This document shows positions 31,582 to 42,257 of a stretch of DNA of 64,000 bases, one piece after another. The notes beneath the pieces were generated by a model. It was not told the DNA's origin and searched no databases. It saw only the letters and a program-made list of their open reading frames with translations. The stretch comes from Promethearchaeota archaeon (GTDB taxonomy: Archaea; Asgardarchaeota; Lokiarchaeia; Sigyniarchaeales; SOKP01): contig JAFGOA010000187.1 of assembly GCA_016926735.1 (NCBI GenBank), positions 1-64,000 of the forward strand, written 5' to 3'. The first letter of the stretch is position 1; each line of letters starts with the position of its first letter. Both the position numbers and the translations under genes were made by a program.

Positions 31582-32943
31582 TTATTTTAGGTTATATTTT
31601 GATTTAAAATAAGTTACTAGGTTTTCTATTTGTTCAACTGCTTTACCTATATAATTATATGGATTAAATAACTCATTGATTTCTTCCTTTGTAAATTTGT
31701 GATTAATCTCATCGTTTTTTATGATTATATCTTTCATATAAAGGTTATCATCTCGAGCTTTAATTGCTGTTTGTCGTAATAATTCATGAGCTTCTTGTCG
31801 ACCAATTCCTTTTTCAACTAGCTTAACCATAACTTTTTCCGCTAAACAAGCTCCTTTTGTTAAATTAAGATTTTTTTCAATATTTTCTTTATTAAACTCT
31901 AATCCTGTTAGATTTTGAATAAGTTGCTGAATCATGAAATCTAAAAAAACAAAATTTTCAGAAAAAATAACCCTCTCCGAAGCAGAGTTGGTTAAATCTC
32001 TCTCATCTTCAAGAACAATATTATCCATTGCCACTATCACATTTGATTTGAGAATTCTTGATAAACTACAGATTCTTTCTGATTTATGAGGATTTCTTTT
32101 ATGTGGCATAGTTGAGCTTCCTACTTGGTTCTTTTTAAAAGGTTCAAACATCTCAGCGATTTCATTTCGTTGTAGTATCCTATTTTCTTGAGCTATTTTA
32201 GCTAATGTTTGTCCTATAAGAGATGTGAGAAAGATAACTTCAGCATGACGATCTCTCTGAACAATTTGATTAGCTATAAGAACAGGATTAAGATCTAAAT
32301 CTTTCATGACTTCATTTTGGATAATAATACCTTGATCTCCAAAACTTGCCATTGTACCGACTGCTCCAGACATTTTTCCATAAGATATTCTTTCTTTTAT
32401 TTGATGCAGTCTCTCTATATGACGATCAACTTCATATGCCCATACTCCAAATCGCATACCGAATGTTGTAGGAACTGCTTGTTGTCCATGAGTACGACCA
32501 ATACAAACTAATTCTTTATTTTTTTCCGATAAAACAACTAATTCTTTTAATAGATTTATTAGTGATTTTTCTATAAGCATTAAACCTTCTTTTAACTGTA
32601 AAGCTATAGCAGTATCCTCAATATCATAACTAGTTGCCCCTAAATGGATATATTTTCCAGCATCTCCTTCACATTGTTCTGCTAATCCTTTCACCATTGC
32701 CATTAAATCATGATGAATCTCTCTATCTATTTCATTTACTCTGTCAATTGATACGAATTTTAAATTAGCTTTTTTATTAATTTCTTCAGCAGCTTCTTTT
32801 GGGATATTACCTAATTTAGCGTGAATTTTAGCTAAGACTGCTTCTATTTTTAACCAATTCTCCAATTTTTTTTCTTCGGTAAAAATTTTAGACATTAAAG
32901 TGCGATATCTAGTTTCAATTGGATGTATAAATTTATGACTCAT
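31582..32943 (-). CDS. purB: Adenylosuccinate lyase
   Basis: HLGATSYD, GRTHGQ, GSSTMPHKRNP. Confidence 0.95.
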   Translation of the reverse strand: MSHKFIHPIETRYRTLMSKIFTEEKKLENWLKIEAVLAKIHAKLGNIPKEAAEEINKKANLKFVSIDRVNEIDREIHHDLMAMVKGLAEQCEGDAGKYIHLGATSYDIEDTAIALQLKEGLMLIEKSLINLLKELVVLSEKNKELVCIGRTHGQQAVPTTFGMRFGVWAYEVDRHIERLHQIKERISYGKMSGAVGTMASFGDQGIIIQNEVMKDLDLNPVLIANQIVQRDRHAEVIFLTSLIGQTLAKIAQENRILQRNEIAEMFEPFKKNQVGSSTMPHKRNPHKSERICSLSRILKSNVIVAMDNIVLEDERDLTNSASERVIFSENFVFLDFMIQQLIQNLTGLEFNKENIEKNLNLTKGACLAEKVMVKLVEKGIGRQEAHELLRQTAIKARDDNLYMKDIIIKNDEINHKFTKEEINELFNPYNYIGKAVEQIENLVTYFKSKYNLK

Positions 32944-33160
32944 TTGTTTTCATTCTCTAATAATTAATCCAGAAAATATGAAAATTAAGAAATAAATAAA
33001 TGATACCTATGCTCTTAATCTCTAAGAAATTATAATGAATTGTTTTAAAATATATTTAATTATTATTATATAAACATTTTAAAAAATCAAATTATTTTTA
33101 AAAATTAGAAATCTATTGACCTATACTTTTTTTTGAATAATAGTTAGTATTATTTATAGT

Positions 33161-33379
33161 ATGACTATTATCTTTTTTTATCGATGCATTCATTGTGGGG
33201 AATGGTATTATTGTACCAAACAAATAAAAAGAAAAAAATGTTGGAAATGTAATCATTCTTTTGATTTTGCTCATTCATCTAAATTTAAAAAAAAGTGTTC
33301 CTTAAATGAGGCAATTATGATCATTAAAGAACTTAAGAAGAGAAAGAAAAATGAGGGAATAATACACTTTTTAGAATAA
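33161..33379 (+). CDS. Small zinc-finger protein (DUF1922-like)
   Basis: RCIHCG...KKCWKC. Confidence 0.65.
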   Translation: MTIIFFYRCIHCGEWYYCTKQIKRKKCWKCNHSFDFAHSSKFKKKCSLNEAIMIIKELKKRKKNEGIIHFLE

Positions 33380-33507
33380 TTTTGATAATGTAAGAAAGCT
33401 AATTTTATTTTATAAAAAACAAAGTTATTTAAACTAAGGTTCTAAAAAATCTTTAAAGAGTAGATTAATTCCTCTTCATTTTTAAAAACATTATCTGAAT
33501 ATATAAT

Positions 33508-34953
33508 ATGAAAATTAATGAAGATCTCAAAATATTTGATGATAAACTGATAAATAAATTCAATAATTTATCTAATCATAATATAGATTATTGGGATATT
33601 AGAGCAGGGTATAGTACAGGAAATTCAATCGAATTTACTGATAATAAAAGTAAAGAGATCTCTTCTTATGAGGTTATAAAATGTGGAATAAGAACTTTTA
33701 CACAAGGCGGATGGGGTTTTGTAGTTGTTGAAGATCTTTCCAGAGAATCTCTGATAAATAATTTTAAAAAAGCAATCAAATTAGCTCAATTATCTGGATC
33801 CTTGAATAAATTCAAATTTAATATTAAAGAATCTGATATATTGATAAAAAATTTTGAAATTAAAAATAAAATTCCATTAGAAAACATTGATATAACTGAG
33901 AAAATTAATTTAGTAAGAGATCATGAAAAAATTGCAAAAGAATTTAGTCCAAATATAAAAAATACTCTAACATTATATTTTGATGGAATTGGGAATGATA
34001 TTTTTTTAAATTCATTTGGTTCTAATATTATTCAAAAATTATCACTTCTGAGAATATTTAGTTCTGTTTATGCTAAAAAAAATGGCATAATTCAAAGAGG
34101 AGTAAACTCTGTTGGGGGTATTGGGGGATTTGAAATAGCAAAAACTAAAAAAGCAAAGGAAATAAGTTTACTTTCTGCAAAAGAAGCAGTTGATTTATTA
34201 GATGCCCAGTCTCCAATAGGAGGGACTTTTCCTATAATAATGGACCCTAAACTTACAGGAACATTTATTCATGAAGCATTTGGACATGCATGTGAAGCCG
34301 ATCTTGTACTAAACAAAGAAAGTATATTAGAAGGAAAAATTGGGGAAAAATTAGCTCATGAAAATGTGACTATTATGGATGATCCAAGATTTGGGAGGGG
34401 AGAAGCTTTAGATTTACCTTATGAACTTTATGGAAGTTATTTTATTGACGATGAAGGAATACCTGCACAAAAAACCATCATTATTGAAAATGGCATCTTC
34501 AAAAATTATCTTCATAATAGAGAAACTGCTTCTAGAATGAATTTTAAACCAAATGGTCATGGAAGAGCATCTTCAAATATTAATAATCCACAGGTGAGAA
34601 TGGGAATTACTATCCTTGAACCTAATGATTGGACCTTAGAAGAAATGATTGAAGATACAAAAGATGGAATTTTATGTGAAGATTTTCAATATGGATATAC
34701 AGATCCAACAACAGGAAATTTTCAATTTAAAGCAAGATTATCATATAGGATTGAGAATGGGGAAAAAAAAGAATTAATGAGAGATGTATCTCTTTCTGGG
34801 ATGACATTAGATGTATTAAATAATATTGATGCAATCGGAAATGAAATAGATTTCTCTGATGGAATGTGTGGAAAAGGAGGTCAAAGCGTTAGGGTTTGTG
34901 ATGGAGGACCTCATATTCGTGTTAAAAAAATTACAGTTGGAGGATTAAGGTAA
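33508..34953 (+). CDS. tldD: TldD metalloprotease
   Basis: HEAFGHACEAD, DDEG, NGHGRA, CGKGGQ. Confidence 0.93.
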   Translation: MKINEDLKIFDDKLINKFNNLSNHNIDYWDIRAGYSTGNSIEFTDNKSKEISSYEVIKCGIRTFTQGGWGFVVVEDLSRESLINNFKKAIKLAQLSGSLNKFKFNIKESDILIKNFEIKNKIPLENIDITEKINLVRDHEKIAKEFSPNIKNTLTLYFDGIGNDIFLNSFGSNIIQKLSLLRIFSSVYAKKNGIIQRGVNSVGGIGGFEIAKTKKAKEISLLSAKEAVDLLDAQSPIGGTFPIIMDPKLTGTFIHEAFGHACEADLVLNKESILEGKIGEKLAHENVTIMDDPRFGRGEALDLPYELYGSYFIDDEGIPAQKTIIIENGIFKNYLHNRETASRMNFKPNGHGRASSNINNPQVRMGITILEPNDWTLEEMIEDTKDGILCEDFQYGYTDPTTGNFQFKARLSYRIENGEKKELMRDVSLSGMTLDVLNNIDAIGNEIDFSDGMCGKGGQSVRVCDGGPHIRVKKITVGGLR

Positions 34954-34956
34954 AAA

Positions 34957-36330
34957 ATGTTGCAGGATCATGATATTTATAGTATATCTAATAAAATTCT
35001 CAATTCTCTTAATCAAAATAATGAAATTAAATGTTCTGAAGTTTTTTTTGATAAAACAAGCTATATAAATATTGAAATTGAAGAAAATTCAATTAAATAT
35101 AGTAAATTAGCTTCAGAAAGGGGGCTTTCCATTAGAATAATAGATAAAAGAGGGTCTTTAGGATTTTCATTTACTAATAAACTTGAAAATAAACCTATTG
35201 AATCAATTGTTAAAACGGCCATTTCTATGATGAATTGTGGTACTCCAGATCCGGATTTTAAGAATTTACCCCTTCTTTGCAATTCATATCCTGAAGTAAA
35301 GGGAATATATGATGAAAAAATTAAAGATTTAGATATAGAAGATTCTTCAAAATATATAGATAATTTGATACGAATTTGTGATGAAGATGAAAAAGCAATT
35401 TCACAATCAGCAAAATTTAAATCAAGTTATAATGAAACTTATATTTTTAATTCAAATGGTATTGAACTTTATGGAAAAGATACAATTTGTTCGATTTCTT
35501 CAAATATGATAGTTAAAGATAAGATTTCTAAACAGACCTCATTTGGATTTGATTGGCAATCTGTAAGGAATATTAGGGACTTGGATTCTGAAAGAATAGC
35601 ATCAAATGCATTAGAAAAAGCAAAACAACATTTAAATAGAAAAAATATTAAAAATATGAAAGCTCCAATTATTCTTACTCCAACTGGTACGATTAACTTA
35701 ATTATTAGTCCAATAATTTCTGCTATAAATGCTGAGAATTTTCAATATAAACGAAGTTTTCTTATAGGGAAAAGAGGGGAGAAAATCGGAACAGATATTT
35801 TAAATATTGAAGATAATGCTCTTATAAATGGTGCAACCGGGTCTTCTTGTTTTGATGATGAAGGTGTTCCATGCAAAAACAAAAAAATAATTGAAAAAGG
35901 CATATTTCTTAAACAGGGATTACTTCATAATAGTTATACAGCTGCTAAAGAAGGAATTGATCCTACAGGAAATTCCATACGTACTTCATATAGCTCTCTA
36001 CCTTCAATTGATTGTACTAATTTTATATTAAAATCAGGAAATGAGAACAAAGAGGATATCATAAGTGATATTAATCTGGGCATTCTTTTTGAATATTCAG
36101 GAGACTCTGCAAATTTATCAACAGGAGATTTTTCTGGATTGATCTTACAAGGAAATCTTATAGAAAATGGAGAAATTAAACATTCCTTAAATAATACAAT
36201 GTTTGGAATTAATCTCTTGGATTTATTTCAAAATATATCTCAAATTTCAAAAGAATATCAAATATATGGTCCTTATAGTGCTCCTTATGTATGTGTTGAT
36301 AATGTTCAAATAATAGGAAATAAGAATTAA
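34957..36330 (+). CDS. pmbA: TldE/PmbA family protein
   Basis: GLSIRI...GSLGFSFT, FDDEGVP, TGDFS; no HExxH; follows tldD. Confidence 0.9.
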   Translation: MLQDHDIYSISNKILNSLNQNNEIKCSEVFFDKTSYINIEIEENSIKYSKLASERGLSIRIIDKRGSLGFSFTNKLENKPIESIVKTAISMMNCGTPDPDFKNLPLLCNSYPEVKGIYDEKIKDLDIEDSSKYIDNLIRICDEDEKAISQSAKFKSSYNETYIFNSNGIELYGKDTICSISSNMIVKDKISKQTSFGFDWQSVRNIRDLDSERIASNALEKAKQHLNRKNIKNMKAPIILTPTGTINLIISPIISAINAENFQYKRSFLIGKRGEKIGTDILNIEDNALINGATGSSCFDDEGVPCKNKKIIEKGIFLKQGLLHNSYTAAKEGIDPTGNSIRTSYSSLPSIDCTNFILKSGNENKEDIISDINLGILFEYSGDSANLSTGDFSGLILQGNLIENGEIKHSLNNTMFGINLLDLFQNISQISKEYQIYGPYSAPYVCVDNVQIIGNKN

Positions 36331-36833
36331 GATGTGATATTTAGATGAAGTGTTAGAACATCGTAAAAATTTTCAATACCAAATTGAGGGACTATATATA
36401 ATTCTAATATTATTATCCTTAAACCAATTGAATAAAAGGTAATTTTTAATTGCTCTGATATCCAAAATTGTTTATGATTAAGAGTATAGTTTCCAATTGT
36501 ACTGTTTAATAATGCATCATAACTTCCAGTCTCATTTATAATTGTGTTATTATCCCCTTTTAGAATTTTTACATTAAAAGTAAGATCTTTTCCTAAATGA
36601 TTATCAACAGCAGCATAAAAAGAAATATTTTCTCCTATTGTAGCATTTGTTGGGTAATTTTGCATTTTCTGTTCTTCATTTAATACACTAAAAGTTATAA
36701 ATCCCGGTTCTGGATTTATAATTAGGAATATAAGAAAAGATGAAATTACAATAATTCCTGCTAAAAGAGAGATTGTGACTATTTTATTGAATTGTTTATA
36801 TCTTTTTTTTAAATTATGTTTAGATTCATTCAT
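36327..36833 (-). CDS. DUF1616-like membrane-anchored protein
   Basis: N-terminal TM, then PGFITFSVL...NYPTN...GE...VDNH. Confidence 0.7.
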   Translation of the reverse strand: MNESKHNLKKRYKQFNKIVTISLLAGIIVISSFLIFLIINPEPGFITFSVLNEEQKMQNYPTNATIGENISFYAAVDNHLGKDLTFNVKILKGDNNTIINETGSYDALLNSTIGNYTLNHKQFWISEQLKITFYSIGLRIIILELYIVPQFGIENFYDVLTLHLNITS

Positions 36834-36835
36834 TT

Positions 36836-37906
36836 CTAATTTCCCTTATGTTGTTCTCTGAACCATTGAATCGTCTTTTTCAACCCCTCTTTTAACGGAG
36901 TTTTAGGTTCCCAATTGAGTATATTTCTTGCTTTTTTAATATCAGCACTCCTTCTTTTGGGATCATCAATAGGAAGACCTTTAAATATTACTTTGGAATT
37001 TGAATTAGTTAATTCGATTATAACATTAGCCAACTCTAAAATAGTATATTCTTTATCATTACCTATGTTGATTACTTCGCCAATTGCATTATCATTATAT
37101 ACCATTTTTAGAATTCCTTCTATTTGATCTGATACATATAAAAATGAACGAGTTTGAGAGCCATCTCCAAAAACAGTTATATCTAAATCATTTATTGCTT
37201 GATAAATAAAATTAGGAACAACTCTTCCAAACTCAGGACCATATCTAATTCTTGGCCCTGAAGTATTGAAAATTCTCACAATTTTTGTTTCTAAATTGTG
37301 TTGTAATTCATAAGCTTTAATAAAAGCTTCTCCTGCTCTCTTTGATTCATCATAACAGCTTCTAGGTCCTACAGGATTAACATGCCCAAAATATGATTCT
37401 GGAGTTGGAATTGCATCATCTGGAGGGTCACCATAAACCTCAGAAGTACTTGTATAGAAAAATAATGCATTATGTGTTTTTGCTATACCTAATGCATTCA
37501 TTGTCCCTAAGGTGTTACTTTTTAATATCGAAATTGGAAAATCTTTAAATTCAAAAGGAGAAGCTCTACTTGCCATATGCATTACAATATCAATCTTTTT
37601 GATATTACTCAAGCATATTCCATTTGGATGACTACTGATTCCAAAATATATTGGTTTGGAAATGTCATGGTAAATAAAGCGAAAATTATTTTTATTAATC
37701 AAGTGAATAATATTATCTTTTGATCCAGAGGCATAATTATCTAAACAAATACAGTTTGCTTTTTGTTTAACTAAAACATCACAAACCCATGAACCCAAAA
37801 ATCCTGTACCACCAGTAACAAGAATTGTCTTGTTTTCAAATGATACACCCTCATCTAATAATCTTTTATTAATATCATTGATGTCATTACTGATACTATA
37901 ATCCAT
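36836..37906 (-). CDS. UDP-glucuronate decarboxylase-like NAD-dependent epimerase/dehydratase
   Basis: TGGTGFLG, ASRASP, STSEVYGD, GPRSCYDESKR, DDPKRR. Confidence 0.92.
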   Translation of the reverse strand: MDYSISNDINDINKRLLDEGVSFENKTILVTGGTGFLGSWVCDVLVKQKANCICLDNYASGSKDNIIHLINKNNFRFIYHDISKPIYFGISSHPNGICLSNIKKIDIVMHMASRASPFEFKDFPISILKSNTLGTMNALGIAKTHNALFFYTSTSEVYGDPPDDAIPTPESYFGHVNPVGPRSCYDESKRAGEAFIKAYELQHNLETKIVRIFNTSGPRIRYGPEFGRVVPNFIYQAINDLDITVFGDGSQTRSFLYVSDQIEGILKMVYNDNAIGEVINIGNDKEYTILELANVIIELTNSNSKVIFKGLPIDDPKRRSADIKKARNILNWEPKTPLKEGLKKTIQWFREQHKGN

Positions 37907-38167
37907 TTAATATCTTTTTTTTTTTAAATTCTCTTGTTCTTCTTAAATTTTCTTGATTTTATTAAATTTATGAATTTTCATTGCGAAGGAATATTGAAAT
38001 ACTATAACATTGTTATTAAGTTCCATATATATCTTAATACTATCTTTTCTCTATTCCATTAATAAAGATTTCTCTCTATATTTATGGATTTTCTAATAAT
38101 TAAACTTTTTTTTGAACTTCCTTTTGGAGATAACACATAAAATATTTAAAAATAAGATAATATCTGT

Positions 38168-38779
38168 TTATTGTGTTTTTCTTCCACAATATTGACAAAA
38201 TTTTTGTTCAACAGGATATAAATTGCCACAATTTGGACAATTATTTAAACTATTTTTTAAAATTTCTTTACTTAACATTTCAAAAGCATATTCTACATTT
38301 TCTCCGGTCTTAGCGGAAGTCCTAATTAATTCTCCTTGAAAATTAGCTTTCTTAAAGAATTCTTCACCCTCTTCTTTGCTTACTTCTCTTAAATCATCTA
38401 AATCATATTTTGTTTCTATTATCAATTTGGTTTTTGGACTATTTGGAACAGAAGATATAATCTTTACCCATTCCTCCAAGTCTTCAAGTGAATCTTTATT
38501 TGTACAATCATATAACATCAATGCACCTGATGCTCCAGAGACATATGAAGGTAACAAAATTCTGAATTTTTTTTCACCGGCAAAATCCCATATATTTAAT
38601 AAAATGTCGGTCTCCTCTGTAGATACTTTTTTAGTCTCAAAATCCACTCCTATGGTTGAAAGTAAATCTGCATGGAATTTGCCTGTTGCATAACGACGGA
38701 TTAAACTTGTTTTTCCCGCATCCTTAGCCCCTGCAACAACAACTTTGAATTTTAAAAGTCTTCTTGTATAATTTGACAT
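38168..38779 (-). CDS. Rab-like small GTPase with C-terminal zinc ribbon
   Basis: GAKDAGKTS, TIGVDF, WDFAGE, TKYD, SAKTG; CPNC...CQYC. Confidence 0.9.
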   Translation of the reverse strand: MSNYTRRLLKFKVVVAGAKDAGKTSLIRRYATGKFHADLLSTIGVDFETKKVSTEETDILLNIWDFAGEKKFRILLPSYVSGASGALMLYDCTNKDSLEDLEEWVKIISSVPNSPKTKLIIETKYDLDDLREVSKEEGEEFFKKANFQGELIRTSAKTGENVEYAFEMLSKEILKNSLNNCPNCGNLYPVEQKFCQYCGRKTQ

Positions 38780-38918
38780 GATATATTTTTATATGTTATT
38801 TTTCGAAAATTAAAGTATATATACATAATTAAGTTTATTGGTTAAAAATCTTTTTTTTACAACATTTTTTACAAACAAAAAATTTTTACAAATATTGATT
38901 TTTTCTTCTTTCTGAAAA

Positions 38919-41276
38919 TTATTCATTATTGTATTTAAATCGACTTATTTTATAGATCTCTTGAGCCAATTTTTTCCCAATATTCTCAGTTTTCATAAGT
39001 TCGCCAATATCTGCATTGAAAATATTCTGTATTGTTCGTATTTCTTTTAATAGGCTTTTAGCTCTTAATATATTAATTCCCGGAATACTAGAAACAACAT
39101 ATTCTAATAAATAAGCCATATCAGATGGAGCTTTTTCAAATCTCAATTTGATATTACCTTTTGATGTTGATTGTTCTTTTTTTACCAAATGATATAAGAA
39201 AGTTGTAGTTTCATTGACATCTTTGGTTTTATAAATTGTAACACCTATTTTAAGAATTATGGACGAAATTGCTCCAAATATTGCATTTTCATTTATTGTA
39301 GTGTTCTCTAAAGGATCTCCTTCTAAGACAAGAATTGCATTTTTGAAATTTTTTTTTAATTCAAAAAGCTCTTTAAATAATCTGCCATCTTTTATAGAAT
39401 CCGTAAAGTCTTGAGCACTTTTTCTTTCTATTCCTGTATTTTCAGAAATAATATAATCTGCTATTTCAAGTTGTTCCAACTTTATATTTAAATTCATAAG
39501 AGATAGATTTCTAACAACCGGAGATGCTGTCTCTCTAGTATCACAAATAATTGTATACATTTCTTTATTTTCAGTATCTTCAGAAATAAATTCTGTCTTA
39601 TTATGATTTATATTTCTGTTTTTAGGAATATTTTCTTTTTTTTTCTCTGATAAAAAACTCAAAAGGTCTTTTTGTTCCTTTTTCTGATTATTATTAATAT
39701 CTAGTTCTTTGATTTTTTTTAAATTATTATACATGTTTCTCTCTTTTTTTTTTTCTGCCCAATAATATCCTTCATCTCGAGTATTTTTCCCCATTAAAAT
39801 ATAAACTTTTCCTTCTTTCTTCCTTCCTGTCCGTCCTCTTCTTTGTATTGAGCGAATAGCACTAGGAACAACGTCGTAAAAAATGACCAAATCACATTCA
39901 GCTATATCTAAACCCTCTTCAGCTACACTTGTTCCTATGAGCGTGTTGTAAAAACCGTCTTTAAAATCTTTTAAGATATTTATTTGTTGCTTTTGTGTTA
40001 ATCCTTTATCAGTTCCTTTATTTGCTTGACCAATAAATTTATGAACTTTAATTACAGGATCATTTTTAAAAATTTTAACAATGTTATTTACAGAATCTCT
40101 ATAATGACAGAAAACTAATATTCGAGATTCTGGAATCTGTTTTATTTGTTTATGAATAAGGTCTTTTAGTTTATCAATTTTAGGGTGGACTAAACCTTCT
40201 GATTGAATTTTATTTGTTAAATTTATTGCATTTTGTATGCTTCTATCTAAGAATAATTCTTTGAGAGATTTATTAGCAGTATTTTTTTTCAACTTTTCAT
40301 TATTTTTTCCAAAATAATCTTTTAAAGCATTTATTCCTTGAGTTTCCAATAATTCGATCATATGTGATAATCTTATAGCATTAGCCTGCAATTTTTTTGC
40401 TTTAAATAATTGAAATTTTTCTCCCTCATCATAAGTAGAATTAATTTGACGGCTAATTTGATTATTCAGATCCAATAAATCTTTACGAGTTATTTTATTT
40501 ATATCCACGGAATTTATTAAATCAATATTTTTGAGGAATTTATATATAGATCTTAATTTATCAGTTAAAATCTTTAATATCTCCAAAAATTCTTCTGGAA
40601 GATCAACCTTAATCCACTCTTGTTCAATATTATGAATATATGGCTTAACATCCGCATCCTTTTCTGTTCGAATTTCAATATTTTCAATAAATAAGTTTTC
40701 TTTTATTTCATTAATTTTTTCCTCAGTTGTCCCTGGACTTGCTGTAATACCAAGGATCTGGGAATTTTTTGATATATCTATATATTTTTTTGCAATGAAG
40801 CAATAAGCATAATCTCCTACTGCTCGATGGCATTCATCAAATATAATTAAAGAAACATCTTTCAGAGAGTAGTTATTCGAAATTATATCATTTTGGAGTA
40901 CTTGCGGGGTCATAAAAGATATTTTAATATCCTTCCAAATTTCTCTACGTTCTTCTGGAGAAATAGATCCTGTTATTGATTTTAAAGAATTTAAGTCAAG
41001 GGTAGTCAATTTCTGAAATGATTCATAATGTTGATTTACAAGAGGTTTAGTAGGGGCGAGAAAAATAACTTTTGAATCCGGAAATTCTGCTAATCTATGA
41101 ACTGCAAGCATAAGTGCTATTATTGTTTTACCTAAACCTGTTGGAATTATAACTAAAGAGTTATGATTTAAGCAATTGATAAAAATGTTTTCTTGATATA
41201 ATCTTCTTATAACAAGATCTTTTTGTATTAATGGATGTGAAACATATGGATATTTATTTAAAGTCATACTATTCAA
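38919..41276 (-). CDS. hef: Hef (FANCM-like SF2 helicase fused to an ERCC4/XPF nuclease)
   Basis: PTGLGKT, DECH, TASPG, QRRGRTGR; nuclease motifs DTRE, ERKS. Confidence 0.95.
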   Translation of the reverse strand: MNSMTLNKYPYVSHPLIQKDLVIRRLYQENIFINCLNHNSLVIIPTGLGKTIIALMLAVHRLAEFPDSKVIFLAPTKPLVNQHYESFQKLTTLDLNSLKSITGSISPEERREIWKDIKISFMTPQVLQNDIISNNYSLKDVSLIIFDECHRAVGDYAYCFIAKKYIDISKNSQILGITASPGTTEEKINEIKENLFIENIEIRTEKDADVKPYIHNIEQEWIKVDLPEEFLEILKILTDKLRSIYKFLKNIDLINSVDINKITRKDLLDLNNQISRQINSTYDEGEKFQLFKAKKLQANAIRLSHMIELLETQGINALKDYFGKNNEKLKKNTANKSLKELFLDRSIQNAINLTNKIQSEGLVHPKIDKLKDLIHKQIKQIPESRILVFCHYRDSVNNIVKIFKNDPVIKVHKFIGQANKGTDKGLTQKQQINILKDFKDGFYNTLIGTSVAEEGLDIAECDLVIFYDVVPSAIRSIQRRGRTGRKKEGKVYILMGKNTRDEGYYWAEKKKERNMYNNLKKIKELDINNNQKKEQKDLLSFLSEKKKENIPKNRNINHNKTEFISEDTENKEMYTIICDTRETASPVVRNLSLMNLNIKLEQLEIADYIISENTGIERKSAQDFTDSIKDGRLFKELFELKKNFKNAILVLEGDPLENTTINENAIFGAISSIILKIGVTIYKTKDVNETTTFLYHLVKKEQSTSKGNIKLRFEKAPSDMAYLLEYVVSSIPGINILRAKSLLKEIRTIQNIFNADIGELMKTENIGKKLAQEIYKISRFKYNNE

Positions 41277-41512
41277 GATAAGAAATTATTATTAAATGGA
41301 ATATAGTTATTATACAGGATTAAAAACTATATAAAATATTAGAGTCCTATGGAACACTTAAATCAAATTAATATCTTTTTAATAAATTATTTTTATAATT
41401 TCAAAAAATATTATTTTTCTATCGAGGAAACCTTAAGGTAAAAGTTTATTTCAAATAGGCGATTCTAAATTAATAATATTAAGCGCGGATAGTTTAGCCC
41501 GGTTATAACGAC

Positions 41513-41545
41513 TTATTACTTTGGAGGACCATAGTAAAACGTTAA
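41513..41545 (+). other. tRNA intron 1 (position 28/29, 33 nt)
   Basis: Central helix AACG/CGTT, 3-nt bulges ACT and AAA, inner intron hairpin. Confidence 0.88.
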
Positions 41546-41561
41546 ACGCTCACACCGTGTA

Positions 41562-41590
41562 AATAATTATTCTTTATTAATTATCACGAC
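41562..41590 (+). other. tRNA intron 2 (position 44/45, 29 nt)
   Basis: Canonical BHB: helix CGTG/CACG, bulges TAA and ACG, inner helix ATAATTA/TAATTAT. Confidence 0.92.
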
Positions 41591-41605
41591 GGTCGAGGGT
41601 TCAAC

Positions 41606-41635
41606 TTAGAAGTTCATCTCGAATTTCATTGGAAA
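41606..41635 (+). other. tRNA intron 3 (position 59/60, 30 nt)
   Basis: Relaxed BHB: helix TTCA/TGGA, bulges ACT and AAT, inner hairpin GAAGTTC/GAATTTC. Confidence 0.8.
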
Positions 41636-41776
41636 TCCCTCTCCGCGCATTATTTAATAACATATCAATCTAGAATGAACTTAACTTTAACTGATATATT
41701 CATTATTTTTAATAATAAAAATTAAATGAAATGTTATATTTCATAATATAACTACTCTTTCTAGGTATTATTAAAA

Positions 41777-42079
41777 GTGTCAAGTTTCTTAGAATCTCGA
41801 GAATTAAGAAAGAAATATAAAGAAGTAAGAGAATATGTAAAGATTGGTCCTATCTTCTTAACACGTTATGAAAAAGCCAGAATTGTTGGTGCAAGAGCAC
41901 TTCAAATTAGTTTTGGTGCACCAATTCTTGTTGAAAAACCAAATGATATGATTGATCCAATAAGAATCGCTCAATTAGAACTTAAGTCAGGAATTCTTCC
42001 TCTAACAATCAGAAGAGAAATGCCAAGTGAAGAATTTCAAGATGTTCCAATTAATAAATTAATACTAAAAAAGGATTAA
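41777..42079 (+). CDS. rpoK: DNA-directed RNA polymerase subunit Rpo6 (K)
   Basis: LTRYEKARIVGARALQIS.GAP, LPLTIRR. Confidence 0.96.
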   Translation: MSSFLESRELRKKYKEVREYVKIGPIFLTRYEKARIVGARALQISFGAPILVEKPNDMIDPIRIAQLELKSGILPLTIRREMPSEEFQDVPINKLILKKD

Positions 42080-42257
42080 TTGGATTTTTTCCTTAATTTA
42101 ATATTTTAATATATTCATCATTAATTCTTATGAAATTCTCAATATTTTTTTATTTTAAAAATCACATGGAAATTTATGTAATTATCAGAACTTTAAAAAA
42201 TTACAGAGACCAATAATAAAAATAAAGATATAAAATTACTTTGTTTCTCATATCTTT

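Larger units (their letters stand above)
41483..41649 (+). tRNA. tRNA-Val(CAC) with three introns
   Basis: Removing 41513-41545, 41562-41590 and 41606-41635 gives GCGCGGATAGTTTAGCCCGGTTATAACGACACGCTCACACCGTGTAGGTCGAGGGTTCAACTCCCTCTCCGCGCA, with perfect acceptor, anticodon (ACACG/CGTGT) and T stems and discriminator A73. Confidence 0.92.

Noticed and set aside
37580-37660. Roughly 12-aa insertion (FGISSHPNGICLSN) in the UDP-glucuronate decarboxylase as another mRNA intron
   Set aside because: Small hairpins exist, but I could not build a 4-bp central helix with two 3-nt bulges; the frame is open, so it is most likely a protein loop.
41571-41578. TCTTTATT shared between tRNA intron 2 and the iorB intron as evidence of common origin
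   Set aside because: An 8-mer in very AT-rich DNA is expected by chance, and it occupies different structural positions in the two introns.
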